The notes beneath the pieces were generated by a model that saw only the letters and a list, made by a program, of their open reading frames with translations, did no database searches and was not told the DNA's origin. A program made the position numbers and the translations under genes. Below are positions 1-9,403 of a stretch of DNA of 64,000 bases, piece after piece; the first letter of the stretch is position 1; each line of letters begins with the position of its first letter. Source of the DNA: Acidobacteriota bacterium (GTDB lineage: Bacteria > Acidobacteriota > UBA890 > WLXD01). The DNA is taken from assembly GCA_036012155.1 (NCBI GenBank), contig DASCOT010000213.1, positions 279 through 64,278 on the forward strand, in the 5' to 3' direction.

Positions 1-489
1 GAACTGGACCTCGTGGCAGGCGGTGACGCACCGTCCACAGAGGATGCACTTGTTGTAGTCCGTCACGATGAACGGGTTGGACTCATCCAGGGGATAGGCG
101 TGTTCTTCTCCCGGAAACCTGGTCGCAGAGACTCCTAGTTCATACGCGTACTTCTCCAGACTGCAGGCACCGCTCTTTTCACAAGTCATGCAATCAAAGG
201 GGTGATCGGAGAGGATGAGTTCCAGTACCAGCCTTCTGGCCTTGTTGACCCTCTCTGTGTTTGTCCTGACCACCATGTTGTTGGTCACTGGGTGAGAACA
301 GGATGCTATAAGATTCCTGGCTCCCTCAACCTCGACCATGCAGAGACGGCAGGCGGCGTTCGGAGTCAGGCCTTCCATGTGGCATAGCCGAGGGATTTCG
401 ATTCCAGCGTCGCTCGAGGCTTCAAGGATGGTGGCCCCGCTCCTTACGCTGACATCCCTGCCATTGATTTGCAGCGTAACCGTGTTCAT
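1..489 (-). CDS. NuoG/HydA/FdhA-like N-terminal [2Fe-2S] plus [4Fe-4S] domain protein (3' end runs off the window edge)
   Basis: Reverse-complement translation from ATG at 489-487 gives MNTVTLQINGRDVSV...CRLCMVEVEG...HPFDCMTCEKSGACSL...CILCGRCVTACHEVQ, the typical NuoG/HoxU/HydA N-terminus. Its ATG overlaps the upstream TGA (ATGA). The ORF is not in the supplied track because it runs off the window. Confidence 0.7.
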   Translation of the reverse strand, partial: MNTVTLQINGRDVSVRSGATILEASSDAGIEIPRLCHMEGLTPNAACRLCMVEVEGARNLIASCSHPVTNNMVVRTNTERVNKARRLVLELILSDHPFDCMTCEKSGACSLEKYAYELGVSATRFPGEEHAYPLDESNPFIVTDYNKCILCGRCVTACHEVQF

Positions 490-2414
490 CGGCTACTCCT
501 TCCTGCTCGTACCAATACCCTTTCTTCGGCTGGGCGAGGAGGCGGTACGGGTTCACCAGAGATGATCTTCACCGCATCAAAGCGGGATGGACAGACGCTG
601 AGGCAGGTCCCGCATTGAGTGCATTTGTCCTGGTCAATGAAATGGATGATGTTCTTACCACCTTCGATGGCCTCGGCTGGACACATACGCAAGCAGATCA
701 AGCAGGCCTGACATTCCTCGGGGTCGATGTAGTGCTTGATGAGCGCTTTGCACACCCCGGCGGGGCATTCTTGGTTCCTGATGTGCGCCTCATACTCGTC
801 CCGAAAGTATTTCAAGGTGGTCAGCACTGGGTTAGGACAGAGTTGTCCCAACCCGCATAGGGAAGTGTCCGTAACACCCTCGGCCAATTCGGTGAGCAGC
901 TCTATGTCCCCTTCTTTTCCCTCTCCTTCTGTGATTCGGGTCAATATCTCCAGCATCCTCTTGGTGCCAATGCGGCAGGGAACACACTTACCGCAGGACT
1001 CAACCTGGGTGAAAGCCAAAAAGTATAGGGCTGTATCCACCATACAGGTGTCTTCATCCATGACGACCATGCCCCCTGAGCCCATGATCGCCCCTACGGC
1101 CTCCAGGGACCCGTAGTCCATCGGCAGAGACAGGTGCTGTTCCGGTACACAGCCACCAGACGGGCCACCCATCTGCACCGCCTTGAACTTCTTCCCGCCG
1201 GGCACTCCACCGCCGATATCGAAGATCACCTCTCTTATGGCGATGCCGATCGGGACCTCCACCAAGCCGGTATTGTGGATCTTGCCGGCGAGGGAAAATA
1301 TCTTGGTCCCCTTGCTCTGTTCTGTTCCTACACGGGCGTACTGATCGGCCCCGTTGAGGATGATGAGGGGTATGTTGGCAGAGGTTTCTACGTTGTTGAT
1401 GTTGGTGGGTTTGCCCCACAGTCCCGACTGGGCAGGGAACGGGGGACGGGGACGGGGCATCCCTCTCTTGCCTTCAATTGAGGCAAGGAGAGCCGTCTCC
1501 TCGCCGCAGACGAATGCACCGGCGCCCTCTTTTACGCTTATCTCAAAATCGAGTCCTGACCCCAGGATGTCCTCTCCCACAAGTCCCAATTCCCGCGCTT
1601 GAGTCAGGGCGATCTTCAGGTTCTCCACGGCAATAGGGTATTCAGCCCGCACATACATGTAGCCTGTTGTTGCTCCGGTGGCGTATGCGCCGATGAGCAT
1701 TCCCTCCAGTACACTATTGGGGTCACCCTCCAGTAACGCCCGGTCCATAAAAGCTCCCGGGTCCCCTTCGTCTCCGTTGCAGACCAGGTACTTCACATCG
1801 CCTGGAGCGTTTCGGAGAAAACCCCACTTCGCGCCCGTCAGGAACCCTGCACCCCCCCTCCCCTTCAGGCCCGACTTGGATACCTGGTCTATTACATCCT
1901 CCGGGGTCATGCTGCCGAGGACCTTTTCCAAGGAGGAATATCCGCCTCTACCGATGTAGGCGAGGATATCTGTCGGGTCTATGATTCCACAATTATGGAG
2001 GACCTTCTTTTGCTGCCCCCTGTAAAACGGGATGTCGCGCTCATGAGGAATCTTCTGGCCACTTTGGGGGTCGGGATAAATGAGGCGCTCGACAATTCCA
2101 CCCCCTTGAAGCGTCTCCGAAACAATTGCAGGTACATCCTTGGGAGTCAGTTGGTTGTATTGAATCCCCTGGGGATCTATGACAGCCACCGGAGCTTGGG
2201 CACAAAAACCCTGACAACCAGTCTCCCGGATATCCACCTCATCTCCCAAGCCCTGCTTTTCCACTTCCTCCCGAAGTGCATCCCTGACCTTCTCTGCTCC
2301 GCCGGCGCGGCATCCGGTCATGCAAATCCGAACGCAACTCTTGTCGCGGTCTGTGCTTGCTATCAGTTCGTTGCGAAGGCTCCGCAGTGCCTCGGTGCTT
2401 CTCAGCTTCTCCAC
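486..2414 (-). CDS. NuoF-like NAD(P)H:FMN flavoprotein subunit with N-terminal Trx-like [2Fe-2S] and C-terminal 2x[4Fe-4S] ferredoxin domains (HydB/HoxF/FdhB type)
   Basis: 642 aa. Carries NuoF motifs GRGGAGF, the GDEGDPGAF-type FMN site and ESCGKCVPCR, plus two C-terminal CxxCxxCxxxCP motifs. GTG start overlaps the stop of the upstream NuoE-like gene by 1 nt. Confidence 0.85.
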   Translation of the reverse strand: MEKLRSTEALRSLRNELIASTDRDKSCVRICMTGCRAGGAEKVRDALREEVEKQGLGDEVDIRETGCQGFCAQAPVAVIDPQGIQYNQLTPKDVPAIVSETLQGGGIVERLIYPDPQSGQKIPHERDIPFYRGQQKKVLHNCGIIDPTDILAYIGRGGYSSLEKVLGSMTPEDVIDQVSKSGLKGRGGAGFLTGAKWGFLRNAPGDVKYLVCNGDEGDPGAFMDRALLEGDPNSVLEGMLIGAYATGATTGYMYVRAEYPIAVENLKIALTQARELGLVGEDILGSGLDFEISVKEGAGAFVCGEETALLASIEGKRGMPRPRPPFPAQSGLWGKPTNINNVETSANIPLIILNGADQYARVGTEQSKGTKIFSLAGKIHNTGLVEVPIGIAIREVIFDIGGGVPGGKKFKAVQMGGPSGGCVPEQHLSLPMDYGSLEAVGAIMGSGGMVVMDEDTCMVDTALYFLAFTQVESCGKCVPCRIGTKRMLEILTRITEGEGKEGDIELLTELAEGVTDTSLCGLGQLCPNPVLTTLKYFRDEYEAHIRNQECPAGVCKALIKHYIDPEECQACLICLRMCPAEAIEGGKNIIHFIDQDKCTQCGTCLSVCPSRFDAVKIISGEPVPPPRPAEERVLVRAGRSSR

Positions 2415-2935
2415 TACGGCTCCTTCTTGGGTTGCGCGTAGCTCTCCACGACAGCCCTGGTTTTCTGCGGATCGAGCTTACCGTGGTAGGAATCATTGAC
2501 CATCAGCACCGGCGCGAGAAAACAGGTCCCAAGGCATGCGACCGTCTCTACGGAGAACTGGAGGTCCTCCGTTGTCTCTCCCTCTGCAATGTCCAGGGCG
2601 TCTTCCACGGCCGTGACAATTAGCTCGGACCGCTGAACATGGCAGGCCGTTCCTCGGCAGATACGCACCGTATTCCGACCGCGTGGTGTTAGGTAGAACT
2701 GGGCGTAGAACGTCGCCACAGAGTAGATCCGACTCAGTGGGATCTTCGTCTCCCGGCTCAATCGGGTCAGGACCTCTTCGGGAAGGTAGGCGTAAACCCC
2801 CTGGATCTCCTGTAGCATGGTGATCAGGGCGTCTTGCTGGCCCTTGTGCTTTTCCAGGATCGGGTCCAAGAGTGACAGCTCGCCTTGCGTGAACGCGTAC
2901 TCGCGAACGTTGAGCTTGATCTTGTCGTCGCTCAT
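2414..2935 (-). CDS. NuoE-like thioredoxin-fold [2Fe-2S] subunit (HydC/HoxE type)
   Basis: The track ORF 2414..3139 has an Arg-rich N-terminal extension. The conserved NuoE fold begins at MSDDKIKLNV...CRGTACHV...CLGTCFLAPV. That ATG at 2935 forms an ATGA overlap with the upstream gene stop at 2932. Confidence 0.8.
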   Translation of the reverse strand: MSDDKIKLNVREYAFTQGELSLLDPILEKHKGQQDALITMLQEIQGVYAYLPEEVLTRLSRETKIPLSRIYSVATFYAQFYLTPRGRNTVRICRGTACHVQRSELIVTAVEDALDIAEGETTEDLQFSVETVACLGTCFLAPVLMVNDSYHGKLDPQKTRAVVESYAQPKKEP

Positions 2936-4527
2936 GCCTCGAAATCCTCTGGGAAATGCGCCAGCGCCAGCGTCAGTGGCAGCGGGGCCGCCTGGCCCAG
3001 CCCACAGATCGACCCTTCGTTCATCTGCCATGCAGCGTCGGCTACGTGAAGTAGCGCGTCGGCCGAAGCGCCGTTGCCGTCGACGTGCTTGTCCAACCCT
3101 ACACGCAGATAGCGCGTCCCTATGCGGCAGGGAGCGCATTGCCCGCAGCTCTCCGCCTCGAAGAACACCAACTGCGAACGCACGGCATCCTTCATGTCGA
3201 CCGTATCGTTGAGCACCACGACACCGGCCGAGCCCAACATCGAGCCGATTTCACCGAGGGATCGAAACGCCAGCGGGCGACCACGCTCCGCCGGCGGCAG
3301 AAATCCAGAGCTCGCGCCGCCGGGACTGAAGGCCTTGAGCTCGCCCACATAGCCGCCCGCAGCCTCGACCAACTCGTCGAGCGTCACCCCGAGCGGTAGC
3401 TCATACGTACCCGGCTTGGCGACATGTCCGCTGACACAGTAGAGCTTGCTGCCAGCCTCGCCGCGGCCCAACTCGCGAAACCAATCGCCACCCCGCTCGA
3501 TGATCGATGGCACGCAGGCGATGGTCTCGACGTTGTGCATCAAGGTCGGCTTGCCCCATAGGCCGAACTCGACCGGAAACGGTGGCTTCAGGCGCGGCAT
3601 GCCGCGCTTCCCTTCGAGGGCTTCGAGCAACGCGGTTTCTTCGCCGCAGATATAGGCGCCGTTGCCGGCGTGCATATGGAAGTGGACGTCGCCGAACACG
3701 CCACTGTCCTCGTACCGCTGGATGGCGTCTTCCATCGCTTTCCATGGGATCTCGAACTCGCCACGCAGGTACAGATAGACATCGGTGGCCTCGATGGCCA
3801 TGGCCGCGATCGCCATCCCCTCGAGGACTTTGTCGGGCCGGCGCAGCATGACCTCGCGGTCCTTGAACGTGCCGGGCTCGCCCTCGTCGGCGTTGAGCAC
3901 CACATAGCGCAAGGTCTCCGCCTGGCTGCGCGTCCCCTTCCACTTGATGTGGGCGGGGAACCCGGCGCCGCCCCGGCCCTGCAGGCCCGATTCCTCGATG
4001 GCGGCGACCACCGCCTCGGCACCCATCTCCACGGCGCGCGCGAACGCGCTGCCGCTGTAGTCGGGGGGGGCCAGCAGGTTGCAGGCCAGGGTATCCGGAT
4101 CGTCGAGCTCCGGGCCCACGTGGCCTAGCCAATGCTCGTCTGCAACGTTGGCGGCAGCGCGAAGTCGCTGCCAATCGCCATCGGCAGCACGGATATCCTC
4201 GACGCTGACGCTCGGCAGCACGCGGCGATCCCGTAACACCGCCGGCGAAACGTCGCAGCCAGCGAGACACGAGCAACCCTCGACGGGAAGCCCCGCCAGC
4301 TCGGCGGCGCGCAGCACCTTGTCAGCACCTGCCATCTGGCACGACAGCCCGGTGCATACGCGCACCTTCGCGTCCGGCCTGGCCAGCATGTGGTAGAAGC
4401 TGCCAACCCCGTAGATATCGGCCTCCGGAATGCCGGTCTCCTCAGCAATACGGCGGGCCGCTCCCTCGGACAGGCCTCCGGCCTGCTGCAGCAGGTCGGG
4501 GATCTCGTGACGGCGATCATGGCTCAT
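2932..4527 (-). CDS. NuoE-NuoF fusion protein (NAD(P)H-binding diaphorase subunit, 51 kDa family with N-terminal [2Fe-2S] domain)
   Basis: 531 aa. N-terminus has CTGLSCQ...CLAGC (NuoE-like). Core has GRGGAGFP, LNADEGEPGTFKD and ESCGQCAPCR (NuoF). GC is about 66-70%, matching the rest of the window, unlike the three genes downstream of it. Confidence 0.85.
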   Translation of the reverse strand: MSHDRRHEIPDLLQQAGGLSEGAARRIAEETGIPEADIYGVGSFYHMLARPDAKVRVCTGLSCQMAGADKVLRAAELAGLPVEGCSCLAGCDVSPAVLRDRRVLPSVSVEDIRAADGDWQRLRAAANVADEHWLGHVGPELDDPDTLACNLLAPPDYSGSAFARAVEMGAEAVVAAIEESGLQGRGGAGFPAHIKWKGTRSQAETLRYVVLNADEGEPGTFKDREVMLRRPDKVLEGMAIAAMAIEATDVYLYLRGEFEIPWKAMEDAIQRYEDSGVFGDVHFHMHAGNGAYICGEETALLEALEGKRGMPRLKPPFPVEFGLWGKPTLMHNVETIACVPSIIERGGDWFRELGRGEAGSKLYCVSGHVAKPGTYELPLGVTLDELVEAAGGYVGELKAFSPGGASSGFLPPAERGRPLAFRSLGEIGSMLGSAGVVVLNDTVDMKDAVRSQLVFFEAESCGQCAPCRIGTRYLRVGLDKHVDGNGASADALLHVADAAWQMNEGSICGLGQAAPLPLTLALAHFPEDFEA

Positions 4528-4574
4528 GGCCCGACCATGCTAGCAGTCGGACCCACCTCCTGGATTTGCTATTT

Positions 4575-4602
4575 ATCCAAATTAGATATATCTAATTTGG
4601 AT
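4575..4602. promoter_or_regulatory. 28-bp perfect AT-rich palindrome ATCCAAATTAGATATATCTAATTTGGAT in a divergent intergenic region; candidate PadR operator
   Basis: Read directly from the sequence. Lies between the minus-strand NuoEF operon start (4527) and the plus-strand padR start (4641). PadR regulators bind inverted repeats. Confidence 0.6.
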
Positions 4603-4640
4603 AGAACTTGACCGAGTCTTGAGACCGAAGGGGGCAGCGC

Positions 4641-4991
4641 ATGACCTACGGCAAGCCACCGACCACCGCACCTCTCAAGCCGGCGGTGCTACACATCCTC
4701 TTGGCGCTGAGCCCGGGACAGATGCACGGCCTGGGCATAGCGGATGCGATCGAGAAGGAGACCGGGGGCGAGATACGTCTCGGCCCGGGCACGCTGTATC
4801 GATCGCTCAAGGAGATGACCGCGGCGCAGCTCGTTGCTCACGTCAACTCGGCTGAGTCTGGCGAGGATCCACGGCGCAAGTACTATCGCCTCACTGACCT
4901 CGGCCTCGAGGTATTGCAGGTGGAGGCAGCGCGGCTGGCACGGATCGTCGAGGTCGCGAAGCGCCGCCACGTGCTCTCGAGCAACGTCTGA
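4641..4991 (+). CDS. PadR family transcriptional regulator
   Basis: 116 aa, winged-helix PadR signature (...LLALSPGQMHGLGIADAIEKETGGEIRLGPGTLYRSLKEM...). RBS GAAGGGGG lies upstream. Stop overlaps the downstream permease start (TGATG). Confidence 0.85.
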   Translation: MTYGKPPTTAPLKPAVLHILLALSPGQMHGLGIADAIEKETGGEIRLGPGTLYRSLKEMTAAQLVAHVNSAESGEDPRRKYYRLTDLGLEVLQVEAARLARIVEVAKRRHVLSSNV

Positions 4992-7711
4992 TGGAGACGC
5001 TCTACCGTGTACTGCTGCTCGCCTATCCGCGCGCCTTCCGGCGTGAGTATGGGGGCGCAATGCTCGAGCTGCTCCGCCACCAGCGCCAACTCGCCGGCCG
5101 GCCCGACGGCATCGGCCGCGTCGGCTTCTGGGCTTTCGCGATCGGCGACCTGACCCGAAACGCGTTCGCCGAGCGCACGCGGCGCTGGCAGCGCAACCCG
5201 CTAGCGAATCGCCAGCCGCTGCCTCCTGCACCTCCCCGAGGCCTGAAAGAAACCATGCACAGCATTCTTCAAGAGCTCCGACACGCGGCGCGCCGGCTCG
5301 CCACGGCGCCCGCCTTCACGCTGACAGCAGTCGCCATCGTGGCGCTCGGCATTGGCGCCAACACGGCGATCTTCAGCTTCGTCGACGGCGTCCTGCTGCG
5401 ACCCCAGCCCTACGAAAGGCCAGACGAGATCGTCGATGTCTACCAAGACTCCGACGGGGGCCAACCGACCAGCACCTCGTTTCCGGCGTACCGCGATATT
5501 CGCGCTCGCACCGATGTGCTTAGCGACGCGGTCGCCGTGATGAGCTTCGGCGTCAGCCTGCTCGAGGACGACGCGGCGACGAGCATGGCCACCGAGTGGA
5601 CGACGTCGAACTATTTCTCGATGCTCGGCCTGAGCCCCTACATGGGACGCGATTTCGAGCCCACCGACGAGGTCGACGGCGGCGAGCCGGTCGCCATCCT
5701 CGGATACTCGGCGTGGCAGACGCAATTCGGCGGCGACACAGAGATTCTGGGACGCCGCCTCAACCTCAACGGCGTTCCGGTAACCGTGGTCGGTATCGCG
5801 CCCCGCGACTACGGCGGTATCGTGCCTGGTTTCAATGCTGAGCTATGGCTGTCGCTGTCCGGTCTTCGACCGCTGTTCGGGGACTACGTCGGCGACACGA
5901 TCGACAGCCGTGCGAACCACTGGTTCCAGGTGAAAGCGCGCCTGGCGCCCGGCGTCACAGGAGCTCAGGCTCAGGCCGCAATGACGGCACTGGCCGATCG
6001 GCTGGCCGAGGAATACCCCGAATACAACAAGGGACGCCGCATCACGTTGTTCTCGCCGGGCGAGATCCGTCAGCATCCTGGCAGCGACGCTGTCGTGACG
6101 TCGATGTCGATCGGTCTCCTCGCCGTAGTCGGTCTCGTGCTGCTGATTGCCTGCAGCAACCTGGCCAACTTACTGTTGTTGCGCAACGCTAGCCGCAGCC
6201 GCGATGTCAGCGTGCGGCTGGCCTTGGGCGCCTCGCGAGCGCGGATCTTCCTGCACGTTCTCAGCGAGAGCGTCTTGCTGTCTGTGGTGGGCGGCGCCGT
6301 CGGGCTCGCGCTTGCCAGCTGGGGCATCAGCGTATTCAAGGCGGCCGATCTGCCGCTGGGCTTCCCCACCCCCGCCGACCTACGGCTTGACCCCAGGATC
6401 ATGTTGTTCAGCGCCGGCCTCACCCTGGCGACCGGCATCATCTTCGGCATTATCCCGGCGATGCGGCTGTCGCGTTCCGACGTGGTGTCGTCGATTCGCG
6501 AGGATGCCGTGCCACTGACCTTCCGCGCAGGACGCTTGTCGTTGCGCAACGCACTGGTCGTCGGGCAAGTAGCATTATCCTTCGTTCTCCTCGTCGTCGC
6601 TGGGCTCTTCATCCGTAGCCTGGGCAACGCGCAGCGTGCCGACCTCGGGTTCCAGCCACAGGGCCTGGCCGCTATCGTCGCTGACCTCGGCTACTCGGGA
6701 TACGACGGCACCGAGGCCCACACCGCGTTTATGGAGTTGCGTGAGCGCGTGGAGGGGCTCCCGGGTGTCGACTCCGCCGCACTGAGCCTCCAGCTACCGG
6801 TACGCGGCTCGCGCGGGTCGAGCACGTTGATCGTCGACGGTTACGCCGATCCGGACGGCACGGAGGCGGTCGAGGTCACCCGGGCGGGCGTCGGCCCAGG
6901 CTACTTTCGTACGGTCGGCACGTCGCTACTTCACGGCCGCGCCTTCGAGTCTGCCGACGACTCCGAGGGCGCCGACGTGGCGGTGATCTCCGAGGCGATG
7001 GCACGCGCCTACTGGGGCACGAGCGATGCCGTGGGCGGCCGCTTCCGCGGCCAAGGCAGCGATGTTGACGCCTGGACCGAGGTGATCGGCGTGGTTGCCG
7101 ATTCCAAGGTCGTTAGCGTAACGGCGCCGGCTGAGCCGGTCTTCTACTTCAGCACGAGCCAGGCCTTCGACACCCAGTTCGTGGTGATCGCGCGCACCTC
7201 CGGTGATCCTGCGACGCTGCTCGCCCCCATGCGGCAACAGCTGAGTCTCATCGAACCCACGGTGCCGGTCTTGCGGTTGACGACGCTCAACGACCACCTG
7301 TCGGGAGCGCTAGTGGTCGAGCGCTTCGCCGCTCGCCTGCTCTCCGGGTTCGGCGCCCTTGGGCTGCTTCTTGCCGCCCTGGGTATCTATGCTGTCGTCG
7401 GTTTCGCCGTACAGCGGCGTACGGCGGAGCTCGGCATTCGCATGGCGCTCGGCGCCGCCGAGGCACAGGTGGTGCGCATGGTGATCGGCGAGGTCATGGC
7501 GATCATCGGCCTCGCGCTGCTCATCGGCATTGCCGGTGCTGCCCTCGTCGGCCCGGGGGTTGCCTCCGTGCTGTTCGGTGTCTCGCCCATCGACCTGGTC
7601 ACCCTCGTGGCGACCGCCGCGATGCTGGCGGCTACGGCAGCGCTCGCCACCTGGGTGCCGGCCCGCCGCGCCGCCAGGGTCGATCCGGTAAGGGCGCTAC
7701 GATCCGAGTAA
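4991..7711 (+). CDS. ADOP-type ABC transporter permease (MacB/FtsX-like, duplicated FtsX domains) with an N-terminal 'permease prefix' region
   Basis: 906 aa. FtsX-like TM blocks at both ends and a MacB-like periplasmic domain. PadR-adjacent as usual for ADOP. The first ~88 aa resemble the permease-prefix domain. An alternative internal start MHSILQELRHAARRLA lies near 5255. Confidence 0.8.
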   Translation: METLYRVLLLAYPRAFRREYGGAMLELLRHQRQLAGRPDGIGRVGFWAFAIGDLTRNAFAERTRRWQRNPLANRQPLPPAPPRGLKETMHSILQELRHAARRLATAPAFTLTAVAIVALGIGANTAIFSFVDGVLLRPQPYERPDEIVDVYQDSDGGQPTSTSFPAYRDIRARTDVLSDAVAVMSFGVSLLEDDAATSMATEWTTSNYFSMLGLSPYMGRDFEPTDEVDGGEPVAILGYSAWQTQFGGDTEILGRRLNLNGVPVTVVGIAPRDYGGIVPGFNAELWLSLSGLRPLFGDYVGDTIDSRANHWFQVKARLAPGVTGAQAQAAMTALADRLAEEYPEYNKGRRITLFSPGEIRQHPGSDAVVTSMSIGLLAVVGLVLLIACSNLANLLLLRNASRSRDVSVRLALGASRARIFLHVLSESVLLSVVGGAVGLALASWGISVFKAADLPLGFPTPADLRLDPRIMLFSAGLTLATGIIFGIIPAMRLSRSDVVSSIREDAVPLTFRAGRLSLRNALVVGQVALSFVLLVVAGLFIRSLGNAQRADLGFQPQGLAAIVADLGYSGYDGTEAHTAFMELRERVEGLPGVDSAALSLQLPVRGSRGSSTLIVDGYADPDGTEAVEVTRAGVGPGYFRTVGTSLLHGRAFESADDSEGADVAVISEAMARAYWGTSDAVGGRFRGQGSDVDAWTEVIGVVADSKVVSVTAPAEPVFYFSTSQAFDTQFVVIARTSGDPATLLAPMRQQLSLIEPTVPVLRLTTLNDHLSGALVVERFAARLLSGFGALGLLLAALGIYAVVGFAVQRRTAELGIRMALGAAEAQVVRMVIGEVMAIIGLALLIGIAGAALVGPGVASVLFGVSPIDLVTLVATAAMLAATAALATWVPARRAARVDPVRALRSE

Positions 7712-7767
7712 CACAACACGCACGGTGAGAGTCGGCGGGGAAGCAATCGGGTATCGTTCCCTGGCGA

Positions 7768-9399
7768 ATGCTCGCAGTCAGGAGTCCATCTACAGGAGCG
7801 GCCGGATTGGGCGATCGTGCGGAACATGTACTCGTCGCGGGGGAATGGCGACCCGCCAACGCCAGCGACACATTCCAAGCCATCAATCCGGACACCGGGG
7901 AGACGCTGCCGCACGTCTATCCCGTGAGCGATCGTTCGGACGTCGACGCCACCGTCACCGCCGGTGCGGAGGCGGCCCGCACGCTGACCGCCACAGAGCC
8001 TGAGCGTATCGCCGCATTTCTCGACGGCTACGCGCATCGTATCGACGCTGCCAAGGACGAGATCGCCGCTGCGGCCAGCCTGGAAACAGCGCTGCCGGTA
8101 TCCCCTCGCCTGGCTGATGTCGAGTTGCCTCGAACCACGGATCAGCTGCGACAGGCCGCGGCAGCCGCCCGGAATGACGGCTGGAGGCAGCCGACGATCG
8201 ATACCACCAACAACATCCGCTCGATGCTCGGCCCGCTCGGTGGTCCGGTGGCGGTGTTCGGCCCAAACAATTTCCCACTGGCCTTCAACGGCGCCTCGGG
8301 AGGCGATTTTGCGGCTGCCATAGCCACCGGCAACCCGGTGATCGTGAAGGCTCATCCCAGCCATCCACGCACCACCCAGCTGCTCACCGAAGCTACCGTG
8401 CCAGCTCTTCAGGAAGCGGGCCTACCGGCGGCGATGGTACAGATGATCTACCGCACATCACACGATGACGGCGCCTACTTCGTATCCCACCCGCGCATCG
8501 CCGCGACCGGGTACACGGGTTCGCGTGCCGCCGGCTTGGCATTGAAGGAAGCTGCCGACCGCGCCGGCAAGCCGATCTACCTCGAGCTCAGCAGCATCAA
8601 CCCGGTGTTCGTGCTGCCGGGGGCATTGCGCGAGCGTCGGGAAGCCCTCGCCGAGGAGTTCGTCGGGTCGGCGCTGCTGGGAACCGGCCAGTTCTGCACC
8701 AATCCCGGCGTCGTAGTTGTTCAGGCCGGCGACGACGCGGAGAGATTCATCAACACGCTCCGCGCTGGCTTCGAGAGCTCCGCCGTCGGCGCCTTGCTGG
8801 GTGCGGCGACGGCACGCGGACTCGACACAGCGGTCGGCACTCTACAGTCGGCTGGCGCCGAGCTGCTCACCGGGGGCGCGGCAGTTGAGGGATCGGGCTG
8901 CCGGTTCCAGAACACCTTGCTGCGCAGTAGCGGCGGGGCGTTTCTGGCCGATCCTGAAGGTCTGCAGACAGAGGCGTTCGGCAACTCCAATCTCATCGTC
9001 GTAGCCGACGACGAGCACCAGATGGAGCGGATCGCCGAGAGCCTCGAAGGCAACCTCACCGGGTGTATCTACTCGCACACCGGCAGCGATGACGACGTTC
9101 TTTACGAGCGAATCGCCGCGCCGCTACGCCGACGCGTCGGGCGACTGCTGAACGACAAGATGCCGACCGGCGTAGCCGTCACCCCCGCCATGAACCACGG
9201 GGGACCATACCCGGCGACGGGCCATCCGGGATTCACCGCAGTGGGGATTCCAGCCTCCTTGTCCCGCTTCGCCATGCTCGAGTGCTACGACAACGTGCGC
9301 CAACATCGACTCCCGCCTGTTCTGCGCGATGCGAATCCAGAGAGCGTCTGGCGCCGCGTCGACGGGGAGTGGACGCGCAACAGCATCGCCGAAGCATAG
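7768..9399 (+). CDS. NAD(P)-dependent aldehyde dehydrogenase (alpha-ketoglutaric semialdehyde dehydrogenase-like)
   Basis: 543 aa, ALDH superfamily. Catalytic Cys in GTGQFCTNPG, plus FNGASGGD and LELSSINP blocks. Confidence 0.8.
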   Translation: MLAVRSPSTGAAGLGDRAEHVLVAGEWRPANASDTFQAINPDTGETLPHVYPVSDRSDVDATVTAGAEAARTLTATEPERIAAFLDGYAHRIDAAKDEIAAAASLETALPVSPRLADVELPRTTDQLRQAAAAARNDGWRQPTIDTTNNIRSMLGPLGGPVAVFGPNNFPLAFNGASGGDFAAAIATGNPVIVKAHPSHPRTTQLLTEATVPALQEAGLPAAMVQMIYRTSHDDGAYFVSHPRIAATGYTGSRAAGLALKEAADRAGKPIYLELSSINPVFVLPGALRERREALAEEFVGSALLGTGQFCTNPGVVVVQAGDDAERFINTLRAGFESSAVGALLGAATARGLDTAVGTLQSAGAELLTGGAAVEGSGCRFQNTLLRSSGGAFLADPEGLQTEAFGNSNLIVVADDEHQMERIAESLEGNLTGCIYSHTGSDDDVLYERIAAPLRRRVGRLLNDKMPTGVAVTPAMNHGGPYPATGHPGFTAVGIPASLSRFAMLECYDNVRQHRLPPVLRDANPESVWRRVDGEWTRNSIAEA

Positions 9400-9403
9400 C
9401 CGG

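Noticed and set aside
3401-4276. 291-aa Arg-rich ORF antisense to the NuoE-NuoF fusion, and similar nested ORFs (3507..3851, 3588..4022, 3670..4128)
   Set aside because: They overlap a strongly supported gene on the other strand. Low-complexity Arg/Pro/Gly composition.
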